A stretch of DNA of 32,000 nt from Xylella taiwanensis (lineage in GTDB: Bacteria; Pseudomonadota; Gammaproteobacteria; Xanthomonadales; Xanthomonadaceae), in NCBI RefSeq assembly GCF_013177435.1, contig NZ_CP053627.1:480001-512000 (forward strand), written 5' to 3'. Below the pieces are notes generated by a model, which did not search any database, was not told the DNA's origin, and saw only the letters and a list, made by a program, of their open reading frames with translations. Positions 1-8,180 of this stretch are shown here, one piece after another; position 1 is the stretch's first letter, and each line of letters begins with the position of its first letter. Both the position numbers and the translations under genes were made by a program.

Positions 1-117
1 CACTGCGCCGACGGGGATTTCATCGAATTCAGAGGCTGCACGGTTGGCCAGGGTCAGTGCATGGCGCATCCAGTGGGTGTCGTCAGGGAAGACGGCGCTG
101 GGGTGTATCGCAGGCAT
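1..117 (-). CDS. tadA: tRNA-specific adenosine deaminase TadA, first 39 codons only (gene continues off the left edge)
   Basis: Reverse-strand translation from the ATG at 115-117 reads MPAIHPSAVFPDDTHWMRHALTLANRAASEFDEIPVGAV. The M-R-x-A-L-x-x-A and E-(I/V)-P-V-G-A-V pattern is the conserved N-terminus of TadA/CDA deaminases. The start lies 8 nt downstream of the mntR stop on the same strand. Confidence 0.6.
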   Translation of the reverse strand, partial: MPAIHPSAVFPDDTHWMRHALTLANRAASEFDEIPVGAV

Positions 118-124
118 GTTCGTT

Positions 125-619
125 TCACGTTGTTTCGCTGTGGCGATGGAGGAAGGCTTTAAATGCGGCAAGTGTTGCTTCGCTGACGTGATGTTCGATT
201 CCTTCGGCGTCGCAGCGTGCGGTTGCTGCATCAATGCCGAGTGCCAGGAGGAAGCGTTCTACGGTTTGATGGCATTCGCGGCTGGAGGCAGCGAGTTCTT
301 TGCCTGCAGGGGTCAGGAATGCGCCTCGGTAGGGGCGTTGTATGACCCATCCATCGCGTACAAGACGCTTGAGCATTTTAGCGACAGTCGGTTGGGCAAC
401 ACCTAAGCGTGCGGCGATGTCCACTTGGCGGGCTTCGCCGCTATCGGCGAGAAGATCGGAGATCAATTCGACGTAGTCTTTCACCAGTTCGGCACGGCGG
501 GCTTCGCGCACTTGACGGAAGCTTTCTACGTGAATGTCTGCATCGATCAGGGGCTGTTCCGCTGCTTCAGTTTTTCCGTGATTGGATACTTTGTGCCTCG
601 TGTTCATCGGGGATTGCAT
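125..619 (-). CDS. mntR: DtxR-family manganese-responsive transcriptional repressor (MntR type)
   Basis: 164-aa ORF. It has an N-terminal winged-HTH segment ([28 protein letters not shown]) and a C-terminal metal-binding/dimerisation segment ([11 protein letters not shown]) typical of MntR/DtxR. It is divergent from mntH. The real start may be the internal Met at residue 5. Confidence 0.85.
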   Translation of the reverse strand: MQSPMNTRHKVSNHGKTEAAEQPLIDADIHVESFRQVREARRAELVKDYVELISDLLADSGEARQVDIAARLGVAQPTVAKMLKRLVRDGWVIQRPYRGAFLTPAGKELAASSRECHQTVERFLLALGIDAATARCDAEGIEHHVSEATLAAFKAFLHRHSETT

Positions 620-790
620 CGTTGGTCATCGCTAGTTTGACGTAACTTCCTGGTGATTGCTTCTATCGCATGATAGGAACGCATTGCGATTTTCTGGGGA
701 AAATGCTCTGAACGGTGCAAGGTTGGCACCAAGATATTTTCTTGGCGTTGTTGTGGTCTGCATGGTGTGTGATCTCTTTGGGAAGTGAGT

Positions 791-814
791 TGCTATATAG
801 CATTTGCTATAAAA
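791..814. promoter_or_regulatory. Candidate MntR operator in the mntR-mntH divergent region (two overlapping dyads)
   Basis: The sequence is TGCTATATAGCATTTGCTATAAAA. It contains ATAGC-N4-GCTAT (797-810) overlapping a perfect palindrome GCTATATAGC (792-801). It sits directly upstream of the mntH reading frame and overlaps a TATAAA -10-like element. As I recall it, ATAGC-N4-GCTAT is the core of the enterobacterial MntR box. Confidence 0.55.
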
Positions 815-820
815 TGAAGC

Positions 821-2191
821 GTGCCGTTGCTTACCAATCGTTCTATGTCCTCGTTTCAACCTATGTCTCCGGTCTCTAATTCCCCCAGTCTTGGAGAGAT
901 GCATGCCAGTGTCGCGGTGTCGCGCAGTGGGCATTGGGGGTTCCGTTTGTTGGCCTTTCTCGGGCCGGGCTATATGGTGTCGGTCGGCTATATGGATCCT
1001 GGCAATTGGGCGACGGGTTTGGCGGGTGGTTCGCGTTTCGGCTATATGCTGTTATCGGTCATTCTGCTTTCCAATGTGATGGCGATTGTGTTGCAAGCAC
1101 TGGCGGCACGCTTGGGCATCGCCAGTGATCTGGACTTAGCCCAGGCGTGCCGGGCGCGCTATTCGCGTAGGACGAATCTGGCGTTGTGGGTGGTCTGCGA
1201 GTTGGCGATTGTTGCTTGTGATTTGGCTGAAGTGATCGGTACGGCGATTGCGCTCAATCTGCTGTTTGGTATTCCCATCTCTTGGGGGGTCATCATCACG
1301 GCGGTCGACGTGATTCTGGTGCTGTTGTTGATGCACCGTGGCTTCCGTGCGCTTGAAGCGTTTGTGATCACCCTGTTGTTGATAATCTTCGGATGCTTCG
1401 CGGTCCAAATGGTGCTGGCGGCGCCGCCCTTGCAGGAGGTGCTGGGCGGCTTTGTGCCACGCTGGCAGGTGGTTGCCGATCCGCAAGCACTGTACTTGGC
1501 CATCGGTATTGTTGGTGCCACGGTGATGCCTCATAACCTGTACTTGCACTCTTCGATTGTGCAGACCCGTGCTTATCCGCGCACGCCTGTTGGACGGCGC
1601 GCGGCGCTGCGTTGGGCAGTGACTGACAGTACTTTGGCGCTGATGTTCGCGTTGTTTATCAATGCTTCGATTCTGATTCTGGCGGCAGCGGTGTTTCATG
1701 CTCAGCATCGCTTCGATGTGCAGGAAATCGAGCAGGCGCACCAATTACTTGCACCGCTACTTGGGGTTGGGGTTGCGTCGACGTTGTTTGCGACGGCTCT
1801 GCTTGCTTCAGGGATCAATTCGACAGTGACGGCGACGTTGGCTGGGCAGATCGTGATGGAGGGGTTCTTGCGGTTGCGGTTGACGCCGTGGTTGCGACGT
1901 TTGCTGACGCGCGGTTTAGCGATTGTGCCGGTGATTGTGGTGACGTTGTTGTATGGCGAGCGAGGTACTGCGCATCTGCTGGTGTTGAGTCAAGTGGTAC
2001 TGTCGATGCAGTTGCCGTTTGCGGTGATCCCGTTGCTGCGTTGTGTTGCCGATCGCAATGTCATGGGTGCGTTGGTGGCGCCGCGTTGGTTGATGGTGAT
2101 GGCGTGGCTGATTGCTAGCGTGATTGTCGTACTCAACGTCAAATTGTTGGTCGATTACGCTGTGCAGCTGATGAGCGGTGCGAGTGATTGA
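821..2191 (+). CDS. mntH: NRAMP-family divalent metal (Mn2+/Fe2+):proton symporter
   Basis: 456-aa polytopic membrane ORF with the NRAMP signature [10 protein letters not shown] and MPHNLYLHS. The start is uncertain: GTG 821, ATG 845 and ATG 899 are all in frame. If the operator/-10 at 797-815 is real, a downstream ATG is more likely. Confidence 0.95.
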   Translation: MPLLTNRSMSSFQPMSPVSNSPSLGEMHASVAVSRSGHWGFRLLAFLGPGYMVSVGYMDPGNWATGLAGGSRFGYMLLSVILLSNVMAIVLQALAARLGIASDLDLAQACRARYSRRTNLALWVVCELAIVACDLAEVIGTAIALNLLFGIPISWGVIITAVDVILVLLLMHRGFRALEAFVITLLLIIFGCFAVQMVLAAPPLQEVLGGFVPRWQVVADPQALYLAIGIVGATVMPHNLYLHSSIVQTRAYPRTPVGRRAALRWAVTDSTLALMFALFINASILILAAAVFHAQHRFDVQEIEQAHQLLAPLLGVGVASTLFATALLASGINSTVTATLAGQIVMEGFLRLRLTPWLRRLLTRGLAIVPVIVVTLLYGERGTAHLLVLSQVVLSMQLPFAVIPLLRCVADRNVMGALVAPRWLMVMAWLIASVIVVLNVKLLVDYAVQLMSGASD

Positions 2192-2533
2192 ACCGTGAGG
2201 TCGCCAATCCCGAGCTGTGATGCACATGATGGTCTCTCATCCTGTGCGGCGGTGTGTGTCGCTTTTTACGAGGTATGGCGTGTGTTCGTGAGGGCGAGTA
2301 TTGCATTTGTCTGATATTGCTGTGGCTTGCAGTGCTCATGCGATGCTGCCTATCGTTCTGTTTTGCCGGTGCTGATGTTGCTGTTGCTGTTGCGGTGTTC
2401 TCTGGGTGGTTGTCTATGTATCGGCTGCCTGTGTGCACGTTGTGATGTTGGAGAAACATTGCTTGGGAGTCGCTGAGGTGTCTGCTGCAAGCGGGGTGAC
2501 GCTGCGGATGTTTGGTTCATCAAGGGTGATGGT

Positions 2534-2553
2534 TGCAAGGATGTATCGGCAAT
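2534..2553 (+). repeat. Left copy of a 20-bp direct repeat (TGCAAGGATGTATCGGCAAT) bracketing the R-M islet
   Basis: 19/20 identical to 5480-5499 in the same orientation. Looser similarity extends on both sides (TGATGG upstream; TTGGG and GTGC-GCTGT downstream). Confidence 0.5.
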
Positions 2554-2766
2554 AAGCGATTGGGATGGAGGTGTGCTGCGCTGTAACCATGAGATTGGTG
2601 TGTACGTCCATGAGCCGTGCAGTCAGATGGCAGTTTCGAGGCGGTGTGTAAGTGCCAATAGCATTTTATTAAGCATCATGAGGATGCATGTTTGGTTGTG
2701 TTATTGGTGCTGTTATCGGTGTCACGGCCATCGGTGTAGTTGATGCAGAACTTTAATCTTTAGAAC

Positions 2767-2804
2767 GTGATCACTACGGCGAGGATGCCGGAAGCGGTGA
2801 TCAC
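2767..2804. promoter_or_regulatory. Pair of 8-bp palindromes GTGATCAC spaced 30 bp start-to-start, upstream of the endonuclease gene
   Basis: GTGATCAC occurs at 2767-2774 and 2797-2804, which is 73-110 bp upstream of the ATG at 2877. Each contains GATC and TGATCA. One further copy was seen by eye, inside mntH at 1364-1371. Confidence 0.35.
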
Positions 2805-2876
2805 ACCTTCCGAAATATGTGGCGTGTGCCTGCTGTTGCTGGCTGTGTCGAGATTCAATGTGTCAGGGGGACAGTG

Positions 2877-3770
2877 ATGGAAAAAAAATCAAAAGACGTT
2901 ACACCACGGTTTGGAATAGGCGAGTGGTTTGGTTTCAATCTGACGCAGATAACCGGAGAGGAACACCGTCAACTTGCTGCCGAAGTACTCAAACCGAAGA
3001 AAGCACGCACTCCACACCCCTGCCCCTTCCAGGCACTTAAACCAGGTGCGGTTTGCTCCAAAGAGGGTGGGGTGTGTTCATGACGCCTCTACTCCTGCGG
3101 CGTACATTCAGATAACGGACGGGTGCGCGGTGTCCCTGTCGAGGGCAAGCAAGGCGACTTCCGGATCACCTGCCCGTATCGCTTCCACGATGATCTTGAC
3201 GTGTTCAAGTGGGTCGGTGAAACCATCCTCGGTGACACTGATCCGCTGTTGGTCAGTGAAGTCGGTTTCCTTGAAGCAGGAGTGTCGACTGACAGTGAAG
3301 GTGGCGATGCTGTGGGTCGTATCGACATGGTGCTAGTCAGCTCCAAGACTCCCAAGCAAGGCTCGATGCATTGGGTTGCTCTTGAGATTCAGGCCGTCTA
3401 TTTCAGCGGCAATGCGATGAAGAGCGAGTTTGCAGCATTCAACGATGCGGTCGTGGATTGGGTCATGTTCCCGGCGGGTCGTCGTCGTCCTGACTATCGC
3501 AGCAGTGGTCCCAAGCGTTTGATGCCGCAACTTCAAATCAAAGTCCCGACGTTGCGACGCTGGGGTAAGAAGATGGCCGTCGTTGTTGATCGTGCCTTCT
3601 TTGATTCCATCGGTGAGATGGACAAGGTGAGCGATCTATCCAATGCGGATATTGCGTGGTTTATCGTTCGTCTTGAAGAGCTCCAAGGCCAGAAGCGGAC
3701 GCGCATGGTGCGTGATGAGGTCAGGTACACCACGCTTGAGCGTTCGGTCGAGGGGTTAACGGGGGGGTAG
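2877..3770 (+). pseudogene. NotI-family type II restriction endonuclease, one reading frame interrupted by a single in-frame TGA (3081-3083)
   Basis: ORFs 2817-3083 and 3123-3770 are in the same frame, and the 39 nt between them have no further stop. The N-terminal piece has (I/G)EWFG, CPF, C-x-K and GGVCS. The C-terminal piece has TCPYRF, then GRIDMVL and VALEIQAVYFSG. This matches my recollection of NotI: AEFFG, CPF, CVK, RGVCVV, LVCPNR (Cys4 metal site), then the PD-(D/E)XK core with VLEIQTMDFHG. A likely start is ATG 2877, preceded by AGGGGGA. Confidence 0.75.
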
Positions 3771-3919
3771 GCCAGTTTCCTTGCCGGTGTTTGAGACGCG
3801 CATTGTTGACAAGATCATCTAGTCTGCCTGCATTACTGAGCTGGTCGATGATGAATTGCCCGTCGTGAACGGTCGTGGCCGTGATGCTACACACCAATCA
3901 CAGGTGACTTGATTAACAG

Positions 3920-3939
3920 CCCCGTGAACATTCACGGGG
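3920..3939. promoter_or_regulatory. Perfect 20-bp palindrome / 9-bp-stem hairpin immediately upstream of the methyltransferase RBS
   Basis: The sequence CCCCGTGAACATTCACGGGG ends 14 nt before ATG 3954 and 5 nt before the AAAGGA RBS. No T-run follows, so it is not a canonical terminator. Its half-sites GTGA/TCAC are shared with the GTGATCAC pair upstream of the endonuclease gene. Confidence 0.4.
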
Positions 3940-3953
3940 AATAAAGGACGATC

Positions 3954-4979
3954 ATGAGCGACACGACGGCACTGCAACGGCAGCACCGCCGCATCGAACG
4001 TCTGAAAGAGCAAGGCGTCACACGCACCACCTTACTGATTCACGGTGCCTGCAAGCCAGCCCTCGAAGGGTTGCGGCATCACTTCGTTAATCCAGAAAAA
4101 GCGGCCGCCCTGGCTTCATTGGTTGCGCAGCTCCACGATAAGAAGGCTCCCACCAATGTTGCGCAGGTGCGTCAGCTGAGTCCGTTCCGTTATCCGGGCG
4201 GCAAGACATGGTTGGTGCCCGAGGTGCGCACATGGCTGATGGCTTCCAAGGTTTCTTCTGCGGTGTTTGTGGAGCCCTTCGCAGGTGGTGCGATGGCTGG
4301 CTTGTCGGTCGCCGCTGCGGGCTTGGCGGAACACGTCTTTCTTAGCGAGCTTGACGATGAGGTGAGCGCTGTCTGGCAAACGATCTTTCACGGTAAGCCC
4401 GCTGACGTGAAGTGGCTCTGCAAGCAAATTGTCGACTTTGATGTGAATCTTGAGAACGTCCGGAGCATCCTTGCCGGCTCTCCAAAGAGTGTTCGTGGCC
4501 GGGCGTTCCGTAGCATCGTCAAAAACCGGATGCAACGCGGCGGCATCATGGCGGCAGGTGCTGGTCTCGTTAAGACTGGAGAAGCTGGACGCGGTCTCAA
4601 TTCCCGCTGGTATCCGGACACGCTGGTGCGTCGTATCGGAGCCTTACAGGCGATGCGTGCTCGCATCACTTTCGAGCAGGCCGATGCTTTTGACGTTGTG
4701 CAGCGCTACGCGAATGAGGCCAATGCGTTCTTCTTCGTCGATCCTCCTTACACGGCAGGCGGTAAGAAGGCTGGAGCGCGGCTCTATACCCACAACGAAA
4801 TCGACCATGAAGGGTTGTTCGCGCTCATGGCCGCGGTGCGTGGTGCTGTCATGTTGACGTATAACGATGCGCCAGAAGTACGCGCAATGGCAGCGCGTCA
4901 TGGGTTCCGCATTGTGCCGGTGATGATGAAGAACACCCACCACGAGGTCATTCGGGAGCTATTGATCTTGAAGCCTTAA
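3954..4979 (+). CDS. D12-class (Dam-like, alpha-group) N6-adenine DNA methyltransferase with a ~75-aa N-terminal extension
   Basis: 341-aa ORF with a good RBS (AAAGGA, 5-nt spacer). Motif order is SPFRYPGGK (Dam motif X), EPFAGGAMAG (FxGxG SAM site), then FFVDPPY (motif IV). This order is typical of the Dam/D12 family. The first 75 residues precede the canonical start of the fold. Confidence 0.9.
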   Translation: MSDTTALQRQHRRIERLKEQGVTRTTLLIHGACKPALEGLRHHFVNPEKAAALASLVAQLHDKKAPTNVAQVRQLSPFRYPGGKTWLVPEVRTWLMASKVSSAVFVEPFAGGAMAGLSVAAAGLAEHVFLSELDDEVSAVWQTIFHGKPADVKWLCKQIVDFDVNLENVRSILAGSPKSVRGRAFRSIVKNRMQRGGIMAAGAGLVKTGEAGRGLNSRWYPDTLVRRIGALQAMRARITFEQADAFDVVQRYANEANAFFFVDPPYTAGGKKAGARLYTHNEIDHEGLFALMAAVRGAVMLTYNDAPEVRAMAARHGFRIVPVMMKNTHHEVIRELLILKP

Positions 4980-5479
4980 TATCTGTTCGGTCGTCGGTGG
5001 TGTCGAGTGTCATCGTTGTTGCCGCCTATGCTGGTACGCGCGATTGATCCGGCAAATGCGTCGCAGTAATGATCATAGTGCTCGTGTTCATGCATCGGTT
5101 TCCCGTGTCACCAGGGGCTGTTGATAGAACACCAGTTTGGGGAGTGCGAGACAAAATCCGCGTATAGATAACCGATGCGGCGTCGTTATATCCATCGAAT
5201 GTGATGGCGTAGCGATAGAGGTGAGTTGGAATTCAGGCTGCCTGGAGGAGGTGTGAGTGGGCAAGCACAGCCATGTGATTAAGCACGCTTGTGGGGATGG
5301 CGATTTCGGTTGCTTGAGAGGCGACTTTGCGTGCTCATAGCGAATGCTCCTTGAGTGTCTTGAGCCGGTACATCAAGTGCTTAAGCAGCGTGTGGCAGTG
5401 GTACCTGCTGGTTTGTTTCTCATTCGTGTCTGTGATTACGGTGATCCTTGCTAATGGTATTGATGGCGGTGGCATGCGC

Positions 5480-5499
5480 TGCAAGGATGTGTCGGCAAT
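5480..5499 (+). repeat. Right copy of the 20-bp direct repeat (TGCAAGGATGTGTCGGCAAT) bracketing the R-M islet
   Basis: 19/20 identical to 2534-2553. The single mismatch is at repeat position 12. Confidence 0.5.
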
Positions 5500-5743
5500 G
5501 TGTTGGGCATTGCCTCTCTCTGATATGTGCAGTGCTGTGCCACGATCTATATCACGTTGGTGATATGCAAGGGTGTTTTCTGATCTGTTTGGAAGAGATT
5601 GAGATGGGAGCCTGCACACGGCGGCTTGCACTACGGTATGGACCAAAGTGTGTTTGAGATCGTTTTATCAAGCAGGGTGGTGCGGTGTGTGTATCAGGTG
5701 CGATGAGCATCGGCCAGCTTCTGCAACGGTGTATCAGTTGATT

Positions 5744-5757
5744 GGGGAGGGGGGGGG
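5744..5757 (+). repeat. G-tract GGGGAGGGGGGGGG (G4-A-G9) in non-coding DNA
   Basis: Read directly from the sequence. The G9 homopolymer spans 5749-5757. Confidence 0.9.
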
Positions 5758-6795
5758 CTCTTTGAAGCGTTGTGTGTCAGCGCTAGGAGATATCTCTATG
5801 GTCGTTTTTAGCAACCCCAAGTGGTTTGAGTGTTGGTGTGTAGAGGAGTCTTAAATGGTGTTGGATCGCATCAGCACACTCGCAACAGGCATTGATGATG
5901 CAGGCTAAGCGTGATTGCTGTTGTCGATGAGCGTGACGTGTTGCCACGTTCACGTTCGTCCACCAGAAGATGTGGTGATCGATGCGATGCAGTGCACAGA
6001 GGATGAGATGGAACCCAGCGGTCATGTGGCTGATTTGAAGGCGCCTGCTGGTGATCTTTGGTGATTTGGTCGGCAGCGTAGTGCGGTGATATGTGCATGC
6101 TTATGCAGGAGTGCGTGGTTTGCTTGATGTCGATGGGATACGAGCGGGCGCAGTGCGAAATCAGACCGATGATTGTCTTTGTTCTGTGGGGCAGTGTGGT
6201 GCGGATATGTGCATCGTTGTCATCGCCGGTCGAGGTGGTGCGCCATGTTGTGTTTCCATGGTCTGTCGAAGGTTGGGGAGGTCAGGTGCAAGATCCGTAG
6301 ATGCTCCATGCACCGGGGAGGATGCATCGGCATGTCTCAGTGAGGTTGATAGGGGTGTTGCAATGCACCGCGTTATACCTTCCATGTCATCGCAAGGAGA
6401 CGGTGTGCCGTTGCTGTATCGGTCGGATAGTGCGATAGCAAGAGGTTGTAGCGGCTAGATGTACATGTTTGTTTGATGTGCGGGTGCTGTAGTGATGGGG
6501 TGTGTCGTTGATGCAGGCGTTGTCATCGCGGATTCAGTGTGTTCGGCATGGTGCTATTGGTGTTAGGGGGAGTTGTGCGGATTGTGTAGCGACGTTCTGT
6601 GATCCGGTGGTGTCACTTTGTGGGAGGGGCTGAAACAGTGTGTCGGTTGTGTTGTCTCGTTCCCATGTTCGATGTAAATGCTTGTTTTTATCTATGTACT
6701 GCGAGGGATTGTCGATGGGGATGCGTAGCGAGTGCGTCGGCACGGACCTGTCTGTTGTATTACGGCATCGAAATCATGCGGTCAGGAGAAGGGGA

Positions 6796-7599
6796 TCATC
6801 CGGTCGTTGTTGGATGCGATGCCGGTTGTTCAGGTTGCAGTGCGAGCGTCGCTCCATAGGTTGAGGTGAAGCAGCGCCAGTGGTTGCCGTCATACATTTC
6901 GAGTGCTTGGAAACGGCGTTTGTAATCCATTTTGAAGTGGTCTTTGATCCAATAACCCAGGTATAGGTACGGACGCTGTTCGCGCTGTGCCCATTGGATC
7001 TGGTGCAGGATGGCCAGTGTGCCGAGGCTGCGGGCAGCTGTGTCTGGTTCGTAGAAGGTGTACACCGCTGATAATGCTTGCTCGGTGAGGTCAGTGACTG
7101 CTACGGCGAGCAGCCGGCCGAGTGTGCCGTTGGTGGTGGGTTCGCGGATCTCCATGAAGCGCCCGTATGCCCAGTGCCCGATCAGGAATTGATCGAATTC
7201 GTTGGCACCGTGACCCTCCATGCCGCCATCGGGATGACGTTGGTGCAGGTAGCGGCGGTAGAGTGAGAGGTGTTCTGCGCTACGTTCGGCTGGGACGGTA
7301 CGCGTGACAAGTGTGGCGTTACGAGCTAGGCAACGACGCTGGCTGCGATTTGGAACGAAAGCATTCACATTGATACGCACCGGGATGCAGGCACCGCAGT
7401 GTTTGCAGTGGGGTCTGTATAACAGGTTGCCGGAGCGGCGGAAGCCCCAAGCCAGTGCCTGTGGGTAGATGGCACTCAGGCGGGGATCGCTCGGGTCTAT
7501 GACTAAATTGCAGGCCCATCGGTCCGGCCAGTAACTACATGCGTGATGGCTGGTCTTGAATAGCTGTAGGTCGTCGTGTGGTTCGGAGTGCAGCGCCAT
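6796..7599 (-). CDS. bpt: Arginyl-tRNA-protein transferase family protein (bacterial Bpt-type Asp/Glu leucyltransferase, N-end rule)
   Basis: 267-aa ORF with the ATE_N cysteine cluster (HACSYWPD ... HCKHCGAC) and the ATE_C segment ([10 protein letters not shown] ... LGYWI). Confidence 0.9.
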   Translation of the reverse strand: MALHSEPHDDLQLFKTSHHACSYWPDRWACNLVIDPSDPRLSAIYPQALAWGFRRSGNLLYRPHCKHCGACIPVRINVNAFVPNRSQRRCLARNATLVTRTVPAERSAEHLSLYRRYLHQRHPDGGMEGHGANEFDQFLIGHWAYGRFMEIREPTTNGTLGRLLAVAVTDLTEQALSAVYTFYEPDTAARSLGTLAILHQIQWAQREQRPYLYLGYWIKDHFKMDYKRRFQALEMYDGNHWRCFTSTYGATLALQPEQPASHPTTTG

Positions 7600-8180
7600 G
7601 GTTGCAGCATAGCGGGTGGGGGTGCATGGTTTGTGATTTTTCTATGTCGTGAATGTTGGCGTCAGGGTCAACGGTAGTCGCGGCGGTGTGTCCATGCATT
7701 CAATGAAAGATATCCAAGGGGTATTGTTGCTTTTGACGTGATGAGGATGTGAAGCAGAGGGATGGTCGGCTTTGATGTGGTGATGCGCCAGTGTAGTTTC
7801 AGGAGACGTCATCATGGAGCTTATACGCAGTACAAACGGCCAAGGTTGCAAAAGCGACGTGCATCGTATTGGTGTTTCACAGAGTGTTGTGTGTCTGGAT
7901 GGAGCTTCAGCTGAGCCGGTTGCGCTGCTCTGTGAGGTGTTGCCCGTTGTGTAGGAATGTTTTTGCTGATGTTGTCGGTGACCATCGGTCCGGTCCGATC
8001 ACGATGGTCTGACAGGTCATGATGAGATGCGTTCTGTATCGTGCCGTTGGCATGAGTGGCTTCTATGTCGCATGCTGGCGTCACATGGAGGTTGTCTGGA
8101 CGCTTCTTTGGATCTGGCTTGTGTCAGGCGTCTTTGATGATGCGAGGTCGGTGCGGATATGGGCGGCTGATGGATTGCGC

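Noticed and set aside
44-406. 120-aa + strand ORF overlapping mntR. Also the + strand ORFs 409-645 and 425-640.
   Set aside because: They are antisense shadows of the well-supported DtxR-family gene on the minus strand.
3081-3083. The in-frame TGA considered as selenocysteine or programmed read-through.
   Set aside because: I could not see a convincing SECIS-like hairpin immediately downstream. The position is not one of the metal-ligand cysteines. A nonsense mutation is the simpler explanation, although low-level read-through cannot be excluded from sequence alone.
5029-5232. 68-codon start-less open frame on the minus strand (…HLYRYAITFDGYNDAASVIYTRILSRTPQTGVL…) just downstream of the methylase. 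It faintly resembles DUF559/Vsr-like endonuclease motifs.
   Set aside because: There is no start codon, and the motif spacing does not fit DUF559. It may be another relic belonging to the R-M islet, but I cannot support a call.
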